This document shows positions 37,600 to 49,038 of a DNA stretch of 64,000 nucleotides, piece after piece. The notes under the pieces were generated by a model that was not told where the DNA came from, ran no database searches, and saw only the letters and a program-made list of their open reading frames with translations. The stretch covers positions 9,631,865 to 9,695,864 of the forward strand of contig CAJINV010000001.1 of assembly GCA_905178155.1 (NCBI GenBank), given 5' to 3'. How positions within the stretch are numbered: position 1 is the first letter of the stretch; each line of letters begins with the position of its first letter. Position numbers and translations under genes: made by a program. This stretch comes from Amoebophrya sp. A120 (taxonomy: Eukaryota; Protista; Dinoflagellata).

Positions 37600-39420
37600 G
37601 TTTTCGCAGAAAGTGGCGCAGCGATAAAACGCGAGCGCGCGACATAACAACGCGCGCGCGCCCGGAGGGAAGCCCTGCGCGCGGCGCCGGCCGGATCGAT
37701 CCCCCCGGCCCGCCGAAGGAAGCGCACCGGCTTCGGGGCACTGGGCCCGCGAATGGTCTCCAGTTTCGCCAGGACGGCGCTGCCTGCCCTCCTCACCCCC
37801 ACCGACTATCGCCCCGGTCTTCTTCGCTTCGTTTTGGGCCGGGACACACACAGGGGGGGCGGGCGGAGCGCTCGCTCTTCGGCTATGCATGCGGGGGCTG
37901 CTGCCCCGCTTCACGGCCGCAAACTGTTCCGCCGACAATGACTGCGCCCAGGAGCCGGCCGCCCCAGTTCTCTCCGGTGCATCCGGGCCACAGCTCTCGG
38001 GCGATCCGACGCGACGCCCCTCGCTACTTCGAGAGGGAGTGCGCTTGTCGGCGCCCGGGCGTGGTCCACCCTGGTAGCAGCCGCCGCAACATCTCAACTC
38101 GCTACGCAAGCAGGCGGCTCCTAGCTCAGCGGACCGGCCGCCGCCATTTGCGAGGCTTCTGGTGCAACCCTCACCGCCTTCCAGGTGGTGCCCAGGTCCG
38201 GCAATGGCTTCGCCTTTTAATCTTCCGCCATAGGCTCGCATTGGTGATCCCGGTGCTTTAGTAGCGCCTGCAACGTCCCAACCTGGCCGACCTATTTCGC
38301 TCCAATAGCAAAGGCCGCGAGGCGATCGCGCTTGGTGTGCTCCTTTATGGCGCCTCCCCTCCCCCCTGCGGCCGATGAACGAAGCCGCGGCCCTGCTGCG
38401 CATCGAGATCGACTCCGTCGCCGCGTACGAGAGGGCCTTCATGGCGGGCAATCAAAAATAAAGGGCCGGTAGGCGCGGCCGGCTGTGCGCTGGATATGGG
38501 CAACATCCCGGACCAGCCCCGCCCCGTCCGGGTTCCGGAAAAAAATCGCAAGGGGCCGGCCGGTCTCTTTGGTGGGGGGCCACGCCCGAAATACACCCAG
38601 CAAACAAAGAAACAAACCGGGGCCCGGGGCGGCGAAATGCGGCCGCCTAGGCGCGACACAGAAAGGCCGGGCCCCGACGCTTTCGACCGCGCCTCCTAAG
38701 CGGGTCAAGGCCTGCACGACCGCGGGCAGGTTGTGCATTTGGAAGCTGTACCCGTTTGGGACTGCCGGCAAGCGCGCCACCCGGGGCATCCAACCAGGGC
38801 CAGGTGACGGGCCCGCCGGCCACCAAGGGAAGGGAAGCGGCCCCGGAAAGGCGGGGCGCGCCCGATGAAAACCCCGCGGCGGTCCGCGGCGCCTCCCAGG
38901 CCGAAGATGCGGCGGACATCCTCCGCAATACGCCGCCAGACAAAGAGCGGCGCGACCGTCTGGAACCCTTCGCGGAAGCCGCCTTGGCTCGGGCTGTGCC
39001 GCCCGGTCTTCTCCAGCATGCACGCGAAGCGCTCGCGCAATGCCTTCCGCAGATTCTTCTTGAAGATCGCGGAGTTGGCTGTGCCTCGATGGTCATTCAA
39101 ATCAGCACGGTCCCCCTTGCCCTTGAACAGAAGCAGCGCAGCGGTGTCCAACACTTTAAAATCTTCGCCCTCAAAAAGTTTGAAACCCTGACAGGAGCGA
39201 CTCGTTGATCAGCTCCGTGATCGGCTGCCAGGCGGCTGCCAGCTTCCTCAGTAGCAGATCCAAAAGCGTTCCGGACGGAAAGCAGAACAAGAGGAATGGC
39301 AGCTGTGATTGTAACTGTGCGGCTGCGTACTGCCACACCGTCAATTTCTATAGTGCTGCTGAAATTGGGTCCTTACGTTTCTTCAGAACTTTTAACGTCA
39401 GCATTTTCAGACGCAGCACA
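37600..39420 (-). mobile_element. Degenerate non-LTR retrotransposon (LINE) reverse transcriptase relic
   Basis: Frameshifted fragments in the expected RT order: IDGVAV, ITELINESLLSG, LLFKGKGDRADLNDHRG, SQGGFREG..T..LF and VFIGRAPPF (decayed VFIDxxxAF). No intact YADD motif was found. Boundaries are approximate. Confidence 0.8.
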
Positions 39421-40055
39421 ATACGCCACGGCAAACGGAGAAGTTAGTTTTTTTCTAAAATGGTTGAGCCCCAGGACGAACGGGGGAGATATGAGCATTT
39501 ACACAAAGAAATGAACGGCAATTGGTCTGACTATTCAGAACTAGAGCAAGGCAATGATCAGCGTAGCTGGATGATTCTTGTACAGGTACAGAAACGAAAG
39601 TAGGAGAATGACGCTTGTTGAACTTATTGTGTAATCATTCAATTGACAAACTGAAACTACGCTGGCTTTGCACTAACAAAGTGAGCAACTAAAAGCATTT
39701 CGCAGAAACTTTTACAACTAGACAGAAACAAAAACTAGTACACGACAGTGATAGGTACGTAGAGGGGAAGCAGAAGCCATTTTGTTCATTGCAAGCCAAT
39801 GTCGATGTCCCACATGAATCGAAGAGGCGCGCCGCCCATTCGCAAGCGAGATGACACAAGGAAAGCGGCAGTCGTTAGCCTTCATAGCGAAAAAATCAAA
39901 AAAGAAAACGTCCTCTAACTGCAATGAACTACTAGCGAAACAAAAAAATATGGGTGATGCATGCTCTTCGTTTGCGACGTAATACGTAGATCTAGATTCA
40001 TTGTATCGAATTCGAATCTCCGAGGATATTAAATGCCAGGTGGTCGTCTACTTTT

Positions 40056-40883
40056 TCACTCCAAGTCCAAACTCGCCAATCCACCGTCTTGCTGCATGAC
40101 GAAGATCTTTGCCCGGTTACTTGAAGCCCGGCGAATTCCGCGCGCCGTCTGGTCGACACTGCTGGAGGAGGCTGGGGACCCGGTAAGAGGCGAATGGTCC
40201 GCGTAGTTTTGGTCCTGCACAACACCAGGAGACTTATGGTATTGGAAGTGTGGAAAGATGATCGGATGTGGAGGGTTCCCAGCAGCATTGACCTCCTCAG
40301 CGCCCGGAGAAGGCGAGGCAGAAGAGGAGTCTTCGTAAGACAGGTCCTGCTCCTCGTCGTCGCTGTCGAAACGATTCGGGCCTTCCTCCCCCATAACTTG
40401 GATCAGCGGGTTCCGTTTGCGGAGCTTCGTGTTTTGTGAGGCTTTGTCTTGCTCTTGCTGTGACCGCAAGAAAAAGGAAAGCGGCGGGGAGGTTGTCGAG
40501 CTCATGTTGTATCTTCCCGCTCGAGCTGCTCTCGTGCCGTTTTCAGAAGAAGTACTCGCAGGTGCCTCAGCGGACGCGGAATTCGAGGCCGAGCCGCCAT
40601 CCATAACCACAGGATCTTCATCGACCATGTCGAATTCCTCGTCGTAAACCGAGCCGAACGGCTTCAATTTGAACTCCCCAGCAGCACTGCGCGCCTCGGC
40701 GTCCGAAGAGGCGTCAACAAACAAGCTTGCATCTTGCTCTGCTTTCACTGGGGACGAGGGTGTAGCAGCCCCAAAGGAGCCTGCAGGAGCGGGTCCGCCT
40801 CCGGTGGCTGCGCCGTCAGGGTGATCCAAAGAGCCACGGCGTGGCGCATCAGCGGAAGAGTTGCTGCTCGCACTCCCCGCCAT
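40056..40883 (-). CDS. Hypothetical S/A/D-rich ORF (separate gene or last exon of the upstream gene)
   Basis: 275-aa ORF with coding-like composition. A phase-compatible GT-AG link to the upstream ORF was not found. Confidence 0.5.
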   Translation of the reverse strand: MAGSASSNSSADAPRRGSLDHPDGAATGGGPAPAGSFGAATPSSPVKAEQDASLFVDASSDAEARSAAGEFKLKPFGSVYDEEFDMVDEDPVVMDGGSASNSASAEAPASTSSENGTRAARAGRYNMSSTTSPPLSFFLRSQQEQDKASQNTKLRKRNPLIQVMGEEGPNRFDSDDEEQDLSYEDSSSASPSPGAEEVNAAGNPPHPIIFPHFQYHKSPGVVQDQNYADHSPLTGSPASSSSVDQTARGIRRASSNRAKIFVMQQDGGLASLDLE

Positions 40884-41129
40884 GGTTTGGAAGTCGTCGT
40901 CCTCGCTGCTGTGTATCCAGGAAAAAAAGTGTGTAAGTGTACCTTTCTTTGAGAAACAGCATCACAAATTTGCTCTACATGACAGAGAAAACCTGTCATG
41001 CGTGGCTTGTAAGGGAAAACACACATGAAAAGAGGACTTCATGGCTGTCTGGCATGACAGGCGTAACTCTGTTGCATGTTCTGCAACACAAATTTACACT
41101 TACACAGTTTTTTTCTTGCATACTATGCC

Positions 41130-44100
41130 CCTCCTCGTCAATACCGTGAAGTGGTGCAGGTGGGGCTTTCAGGCTCGGTTCGCTTTGCTCGTCTTCGCGT
41201 GCTCGATAATTGTTCCGCAACCTTCTACCGCCTTTGCTGTGCTGGTCGTCCCCGCCGCCGACGGAATGATCGGAGACACGCTCATCCACCTGTTGTTCTC
41301 CTGCCGATGAGGCCAGTTCGTCTGATACCTGGCTGTTTCTTTGTGTACCCGAACCCTCCGTTGCGGCGTCAGTATTCTCAAGCGGATCATTCTTTGGAAA
41401 GGAAACAACTTCTACCTCCGCAAGGCTAGTTGCAGGACCTTGTTGAGGCTGCCTGAGCTTGCGCTGCACCTCTGCAAATGAGCCGTCTACAACATCCTCC
41501 ATTCTCACCCCCTCTTCAGGGAGATACTTGCCCAAGAAAGCAGCGCCTCTGTTGCTGGATAACGTCCCTTGCCCAGTTGAAGATTCACTTTGACTTTGCC
41601 AAGGAAGGAAGTCTTGCGCGGAATAGTCAGGGTCGATGTCGACGACGCCCTGCTGTGTCAGGGAAGGTTCATCTTCTTCCGTCTTGGCCGCAAAGGCATA
41701 GCTACTCTCCACCTCGGGCGAACCACGATCGCCATCGTCAAGGCCACTATTCGTATTGCTTCTAGCTTCTGTCTGTGAAGCCGGGCGCCCTCCTGATCCT
41801 GAAGAATCATGCAGATTACTTTCACGAGCATTCGCGTTCTTGAGCGCATTTTGCAATGCTTGCTTGATGGTCAGCAACTGTGTATTCGTTGGAGGGGCAG
41901 GCGCAGGCTCCTCTCCCTCGCCATTGCTCCCACGGCTGCCTGCCCCCCAAGCTCCTTCACGCGGTGGCGGAACTGGTGGACACGAGTCTGCAGCACTACC
42001 AGCTCCATTTGGATTTCCTTCTGAGCACCGAAGAGACGTCAAGAAAACGTCCTCTTCATTATCATCGTCGTCAGCGGGACTATTTTCACGATTGAAGCCA
42101 TCGCGAGACGACCCGCTACCTCCTCCTTCCACATCGTCTGGAACGCCGCGGAGCGTTTGCTCCGGTAGTTGCTGTTGCGCGTCGGAGTTTGGATCATTTT
42201 GAGATGGAATATTGAGCTGCTGCTCCTGAGCAACCTCTTCGGCATCTTGCACAACCTCCTCGGGTGTGACCGTTCGATGAGATGAGGTGTCATCTTCGTC
42301 CTCTGGAGATGATTCGCCCTCCGCTCCGCCGCTGATACCATCCTCGTTTTCCGACCGCGCCGAGCCGTTCTGCGCCTCCCTGCTCAGTGCGCGCGACAGC
42401 CGCGCCGAGGCGGTTTCTGACGCTTCGGTCGGCGCTCGTGAGGAAGGCGGCACCGGCGAAGTGGTCATTTCCGGAGGCAGGTCGTCGCCAGAGTTGCTGG
42501 TGTTCACAGCTCGCTCATCCTCTTCTGCGTCTGAGACCCAGCTGGCTGGGGTTGCAATGTTGAAGCCTTCGTCGTCCTCGTTCATTCGATGCCAGTCCGT
42601 ATTTTCGTTCGTTGCATCTCCTGTCTCATCGTCCGTGTCCTCCACGATACCGTCCTCGTTCTCTTCTCCTGGACCGTAACTGTGCCCATTCAAAGCTTGC
42701 GGCGCCACTGCAGCGTTGTCTAGACGGGGTCCTTCGGGAGTAGTTCCGACGAGCGGGGGCAGAGGGGCTGGGGGACCAAGAGGAACTACACCGGCGGAAC
42801 TATGATCGCCTGGGGGAATCAGCGATTCGATTTCTCGTTCGTCGAGCGTCAAACCGGGGTGCAGCTGCGGTTGTAGTGGTGCGCCGGTGAAACTTGGGCG
42901 CCGGGTGGAGAGTCTTGAGACGTGAGTGGGCGTGTGAAAGTCGGAGTCGATGCCGGTAGGGGACATCAAGTTTGGGATTCGATAAGGATTGTTGTCGTCG
43001 GAGCCGGTCAAATGGCCGGGTCGGGCCACGAGCGGAAGGGATGGTGGCTGCTCTGATGTTCGGTGTGCATCAACGGTCTGTATATGCAGAAAAAGAAAAG
43101 TCAAACTTGTGCATTGGCTTGGCAAAACAAGCAAGCAGAGGAAGAGAATCGTAGGACCCTCAAAAAATGACTCGGCTCCTGTATTAACACAATCAGCAAA
43201 ACAAGAAGTATCCACTAGTAGTTTCTGTACCGGTCCGGGTCCGAAGCCGGGGGGCTGAGGTTGCGCTACAGGCGCAGCGCGCACGTCCGAGTCGTCATCC
43301 CAGTCGTCATCCCACCAACTGCTCAGGGTTTTCCGCTTCGGGGGACCAATGCGGTACTGCCCTGCTCCAGAGGCCAAGGGCACTTGAGGAGAATGCGCCG
43401 GCTGTGGTGGCGGGGGCATCAACGAGGCATGTGGCTGAGACGACCAGGCCCCCTGATGCTCCAACTCCCCCGGATCTGTAAAGTGAAGATTCAAGTACTT
43501 GATGAACTTGTGATGTTGATGTACTATCATAGTCATGAGAGTCAAAAACTAAGGCTTGAAAGAGCTATCGCGTACACTGTGGCGCAGCTGCAGGCTGGCC
43601 CTGAAACTCCGGTGGTCGGGGCAGGTAATTGCGCCAGTGATTGCCACTGCCGTCTGGGCCACTGCTGCCACCGGCTCCCCAGGCTCCGTGTTGCGCTCCG
43701 TGGTGCATCGCTTGTGCTGCGGGGTCACACCAGGAGCCCTGGTTTTGAAAATCGCACTGCGACGAGGGGCGCGGTGGTGGTGCGGACGCTGGAAATGCGA
43801 GAGGTACCGGCACGGATATGCCGCCAACAGTCGTTCCATTGTGGTACTGCGAATTCATCATGCTTGTTGCGCAACCTGCGCCAAAGCACTCCGTTTGCTC
43901 AACCACGGATCCGCGACGGCTTGCTGCGCCCTGGTGTTGCCCAGGAGGCAAGAGTGGTTGGTATCCAGACGGCTGGATGAAGCCCGGTGGTGCTGCTGCT
44001 GCTTGTCCTCCGATTCCTGCGTTTATAGTTCCCAAGTGCGGCTGCGTCGCCATAATTGCAGGTCCGGCTTGCGGCTGCTGAGGTGCGTTTCCGCGGAACC

Positions 44101-46114
44101 CCCAACCGAAACTGCCTCCCCAGCTGGTCTGCGGCTGCGGCACTTGCTGCTGTTGCGGAAACTGCGGCTGTTGCTGGCCCCGCGAAGACTGACCAGAGAA
44201 CATGTGGCGAAGGGAGGAAGCTAGGGAAGAACCCGGCCAATCACTGCCCATGCGTCCCTGCAGAGATTGCAAACTCGCAGACAGCACCTGCTCTTCGTAC
44301 GATGGGTGTCCTCCTGCCCCGGCGTCGAGTCCCGCACCTCCGCCTGGAATGATGTGAACCGGATCGTGCGCAACACTGAGCCGTCTTTCCAGTGCAGTGA
44401 TGTCGTGCCCATTTTCCACGAAGGAACCGCGGCGGTAGTCTTCGCGCGAAGAACCACTTGGCTTTTTTTGTTCGGGGCTCCGGCGGCGAAACAACGCAAA
44501 TGAGGAACTGCCGCCGGACCGGCTCAGCGACTCGTCTGCGGAGCCTTCAGGTCCGCGGGGGCGGCGTGGTTCTGGAGAAGGATCGCGAGACCGGCGGCTC
44601 GGCTCTCGTTGTGACCTGCGGACTGACTTATTACCACGTGCACCAGTCGAGGAAGGTTGCTCTTCGTAACCCTTGTTCGTCCTGGAGGAAGTTGTGGTTG
44701 CAGCACCCCGAGAGGAAGCTGCAGCGCCCGGACTGCGCGAGTCGGAGTCTGCAGCGTCTTCCACCGCACTGCGCCGGCGTGACTTTTGCACCTGGAAACG
44801 ACCGCGCTGCTCCATCACGGGCGACGACTCGCGGTCCGGACCAGAATCGGAGGTCGCCGACAGCTCCAGAGACTTTTCGCGATTGGAACTGCCACCGGAA
44901 TCTGACAGACCGCTGAGACTCGCAAGATCGTCTGATGCCGGCGTGGCGCCAGGCCTCGAATCGCCGCGACCAGAGCCGCGAGACCTTCGCTTTGCAGCCT
45001 CGTGCCCACTGTCCTGCTTCAGGCGCAGCTTGCTATCTTTCTCCCCCTCGGCGCGTGGGGAGGATGACTGTCTTGCGGTAGAACGGCGACCACTATCGTC
45101 CGTAGTCTCTGGTGTTCTACTGCTAATAATAGAAGAATTCCGAGTTTTTTTCGACTGGCCTCTTTCTAGCGGAGATTCGCGATGATCCTTGCTGCGCAAC
45201 GTGTTCCCCGAGGTATAGCGCCGTGGGCGATTTTCTTCACCGTCCAGGTCTATCTGCCGACTTCTTTCTTGCAGTGGCGGGACCGACCCTCGTCGATTTG
45301 GGTGAGTCGAAGAGCGTAAGAATCCATCCTCGTCCACTGTAACACCTTCTGTGCTGCCATGAAGATGCCCACTTGTTCCTGGGTTGAAGAGCACCCTCCG
45401 CAGATCCTCGGAGCACAGAATCGCCACCACTGTAACCGACCCGACCAACGCTAGCGAAATCAGAAGAGACAGCTGCAACACTTTACCGGGCATCATGGCA
45501 CCTGTGGCGGCTCCTACTCCAGATGGACCACTACTGCTGTTCACTCCGTCCATTTCCGGCGCAACTCCGGGGCGCGCATGCTTGCCGCCTTTGGTCCTGT
45601 GGTCCGGCGGGTAATTATAGGAGCTGCTCCCACCACCGTCCCCTCCTGTATTGGCCCCCGCACGACGCCATCCTCGACTTGCGTGAGCGCTGCGCTTGCT
45701 TCCGCGCAGCATACCTCGGCCGCTGCGCTGGTGACCACTCATGTTGGCTCTCCGAGTACTGGAGGATTTGTTCGAAACTTCTTGTGCTTGACTCAAGCTC
45801 CCTCGCAACGACGCCGGGGCCCAGTCGGGCGGCGGCCCCATGTTCTTTGGGGACAGCAGCTGGTCTCCGGAGGATTCGCCCCAGTCCGACACGTCGGCGA
45901 CGCTGCCGTGTTGCGCGGGGTCTTGCCGCTCCGCTTCGGTTGGAGGCTGGTAGCGCTCCATGATGCGTGTCCGCTCCTCCTCGAGCGCCATCAATGCCTC
46001 GTGCATCTCCTGCAGCTCGCGGTTCGCACCAGACATCTTCTTGTTCCTGCGCGAAGTCGGACCCGCTGCAGACGTTACGGGCGATGCGGATGGTTGCGAA
46101 CCTTCCTCATTCAT
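41130..46114 (-). CDS. Large low-complexity single-pass membrane protein, multi-exon
   Basis: ORF 43565-46114 has one hydrophobic helix (VLQLSLLISLALVGSVTVVAILC) and joins ORF 40996-43545 through a probable GT-AG intron (~43477-43574). A further likely intron lies at ~43078-43230. The 3' end is uncertain. Confidence 0.55.
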
Positions 46115-46466
46115 TCTGTAAGAAGTACTGCATTTTCATCGCTCCGCATTTTCGACGCGCGCGCATTTGCTGCAACACTCTGGTTATCTTTTTTACACGA
46201 GCCTGAGACCTCGCTAGAAGTTCAGGTTTGACATTGATGGCCAGTTGAAGTAGTTGTGGAGGGCCACACGCCGCCCTTTCGGCAAATCATGATCGCGACG
46301 CTTCGGGCATCCTAAGCATAAAGCACTGACGGAGCACGACGAGCGCGACTGTGACTCTGACTGAACATCCAGATTACAAAATGAGGCCGGGGCGGGCAAT
46401 TCTCTGATGATTTTGTGTATTTCATTTGCAAGAAAGATATTTCATTATTTTCAGCACGTTTTTTCC

Positions 46467-48608
46467 CTACGGGCCTGTCTTTTGTTCATCCTGTCCTGCC
46501 TGCTCCATCGGAGCATCTTCACTGGATTTCGTGGGTCCACCTTCTTGTTCTTCGCTTGCGTCAAAAAAGCGGTCTTCGAGCAATTCGCAAACCCTGTACG
46601 ACTTCTTCGCGTCGTACCAGGCCGGGTTGCTGTCGAACAAATGGAAAACCCCCTCGCCGAGATCAAAGATGCCGCTGACTTCCGTCAACACCGGGTCCTC
46701 CTCTTTCCACGTGCGGTACACCGGAAAGTGGTGGTCCGAATCATCCCCGAGAAAATTCCGCACGTCCTCGATGTTGTAGGTCCGTCGGTGGCAAATTTTT
46801 GCGTCCGGCTTCTTCGAGGAAAGCACGTTTTTCGTCCACCGCTGGATCAGGCCCTCTTTCGTTTTCGTTTCGCAACTGTCACTCTGGTTCGGGAAGTACA
46901 TTTGGTACATGTTTCTCCGGTACTTCGTCGACATGTCATCAAAATACGGACACTGCGCGTGCGGCGCGGCCACGTACTCGTTGCCGTGGAAAAACGTGAA
47001 ACCCGGCAGCTGCTTGTCGTCGATCTTGGTCAAAAAGTGCTGCCCCTTGTCGCTGGTTTCCACGTTCCACATGATCTTGCTCCGAAAACTGCCGAGATTG
47101 TAGCTAAAACCGGTCGTGGAGCGCTCGTCCGTGATGACCTGCAGAGCTTCGTCCAGCGTCTTCACTTCCAAAAGCCGGCGGGTCAGGAAGCTCAGGCCGA
47201 CCCCGCTCTCGCCGAATTTCACCGGGTAGAGGGAGTTGATGCTGTAGGCGATGCCGTGCTTGTTGAGGCTGAGGTCCATGCCGACCAGGAACCCGGGGTA
47301 GGTCCAGCTGACCCACTGAAACACGTTCTCGCGGTTGTAACACTCCACAACGCAATCCAAATGCTTGAAATCCTCGGACCAGTCATTGTTGTGCCCCCAT
47401 CCGTGAAAGGGCTTTGCGAACCCGCGACTTTCTTCCGAAGTCGCGGCATCTTTCGACTTGGATTTCGATCTGGATTCTTTCTTCGGTGATGCAGGAGCAG
47501 GCTTATTTTCATCGTCTCTTGAAGTTGTAGATGTTACCTGTGGCACTGCCGGATCCGGTTCTTGCACCCCTGGCGGAGGTGGGCCAATAGCAATAGGCGT
47601 TGCGCTCGCGGGGACCGGACTCGTTTTGACGACTTTACCGCGAATCGGATCAAAAGCGCCCGTAGTTGTGGCTGCGCTACCTGATTTCGCACCTACTAGA
47701 CCTCGAAAGAAAGAGCCAACGCGATTCTGAGACGAAGAAGTATTCGGTTCTTGTTGCCCGGCCCTGGGTGGGGTTTCATCTGCTTCTATTTCGTGAAAGT
47801 CCGTGCCAACTACGAAAATGTCGGTGCACGCACGGCCCGAGCGTCGCTGTTGGTTTCCAAATTGGTACTTGATTTCTCTTTCTTGCGACGAGAAACAAGA
47901 TGCAGATGCTCCTGTCGCTGTCCTAGACCCTTTTTCAATATTTCCCTTTCTCGTTCGTTCTTTCACGCGGGTGCGGGCGATCGTCGGCTTGCTTATTCTC
48001 CTCCCATCTGCTCTTCCTTCTCGCGTAGCTGTAGTATACTGGCTGTTGTGACTTCCGTCCCAATAGCCACCGTGATTTCCACTTTCGTCCCAGCCATTTT
48101 GGTCACCGCCGCCTTCCCCGTGGAAGTTGTCACCTCCGCCAGCATCCCAGTCAACATCTCCGCCGCCATCCCAATTTCCACCTCCATCGCCGTGCTCATG
48201 ATCCCAATTTTCGTCCCCGCCGTGCTCGTAGTCCTCGCCACCGCCATCCTCCCCCTCGCCGTACTGTTGCGCGTGGTAATCCGCGTCCGCTTTCCGCTTA
48301 AACTGAAGCAATTCCGTGCGCAAATTCGAAATGATCAAATCCTCCGCCAACACTCCCGCGGCTTCCGCAATCGCCTCGAGTTCCTCCATGTACTGCGGAA
48401 ACGCCTCGCGCGACTTGGCGATGAAGCCAAAGGTGATCTCGTAATGGGCCGGGTCCCTGCTCAGCCAAGCTTTCAGATGCTTAAACTCGTGATCCGTGTC
48501 CAGGGCCGTGTGCACCTGGTCCTTCGCCTGCGCGCCGATCTGCAGCCCGATCTGCCGGTACACAGAGTCGGCAGCTCGTTCGTCATACGTGACGCGGATG
48601 ATGCGCAT
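46467..48608 (-). CDS. Peptidase C45 family Ntn-hydrolase (isopenicillin-N acyltransferase / Tan-like)
   Basis: FPQYMEELEAIAEAAGV..LIISNLRTEL, putative nucleophile Cys in ACTDI, GHNNDW, YPGFLVG..SLNKHGIAYSINSLYP, FLTRRLLE, GFSYNLG, NVET and HGNEY. Confidence 0.85.
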   Translation of the reverse strand: MRIIRVTYDERAADSVYRQIGLQIGAQAKDQVHTALDTDHEFKHLKAWLSRDPAHYEITFGFIAKSREAFPQYMEELEAIAEAAGVLAEDLIISNLRTELLQFKRKADADYHAQQYGEGEDGGGEDYEHGGDENWDHEHGDGGGNWDGGGDVDWDAGGGDNFHGEGGGDQNGWDESGNHGGYWDGSHNSQYTTATREGRADGRRISKPTIARTRVKERTRKGNIEKGSRTATGASASCFSSQEREIKYQFGNQQRRSGRACTDIFVVGTDFHEIEADETPPRAGQQEPNTSSSQNRVGSFFRGLVGAKSGSAATTTGAFDPIRGKVVKTSPVPASATPIAIGPPPPGVQEPDPAVPQVTSTTSRDDENKPAPASPKKESRSKSKSKDAATSEESRGFAKPFHGWGHNNDWSEDFKHLDCVVECYNRENVFQWVSWTYPGFLVGMDLSLNKHGIAYSINSLYPVKFGESGVGLSFLTRRLLEVKTLDEALQVITDERSTTGFSYNLGSFRSKIMWNVETSDKGQHFLTKIDDKQLPGFTFFHGNEYVAAPHAQCPYFDDMSTKYRRNMYQMYFPNQSDSCETKTKEGLIQRWTKNVLSSKKPDAKICHRRTYNIEDVRNFLGDDSDHHFPVYRTWKEEDPVLTEVSGIFDLGEGVFHLFDSNPAWYDAKKSYRVCELLEDRFFDASEEQEGGPTKSSEDAPMEQAGQDEQKTGP

Positions 48609-49038
48609 GATCGCTGACCGTGACGTACTAGCGCATTTATCTTTGAACGAAAATAAAATTGAAAATCGTCATCGTGTGCTGGAGTAATAAATTAGGAAAG
48701 GAAAACGGTCCGACAAGGACAAAAGCCAAGTGAATCAGATCCATGAAGACTGGAACTGATATCGCTGCGTCTATGCGCGAAAAAGATCGCGTCAAGAACT
48801 CACATAGACAAGAACTCCACGTCAAGTCTTCTCCGGGCCCGGGTGATTGTTCGGTTTTCAACATTAGAAGTGACGAACACATTTTTTTTTTGAAGCTAAG
48901 TTGAGCGTTTCAAGGCTGGGCTCCTGTTCTTGTGTGTGGCAGCACAACATAAGAGCGGAGCTAGTTCTCTTGCCGAAATATCTGTTTTTTTGCGAGTCGT
49001 GAACGATGGATTTAGCTAGCCTGGTCACGAGACACTCA

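Noticed and set aside
37600-39420. LINE relic as cargo of a TIR element or as the introner mobiliser
   Set aside because: No flanking TAT...ATA TIR or TSD was found, the RT is broken, and TIR/TSD structure points to a DNA transposase instead.
48092-48102. AGCCATTTTGG match to the dinoflagellate spliced-leader core
   Set aside because: Only 11 nt, antisense, and inside a CDS; consistent with chance.
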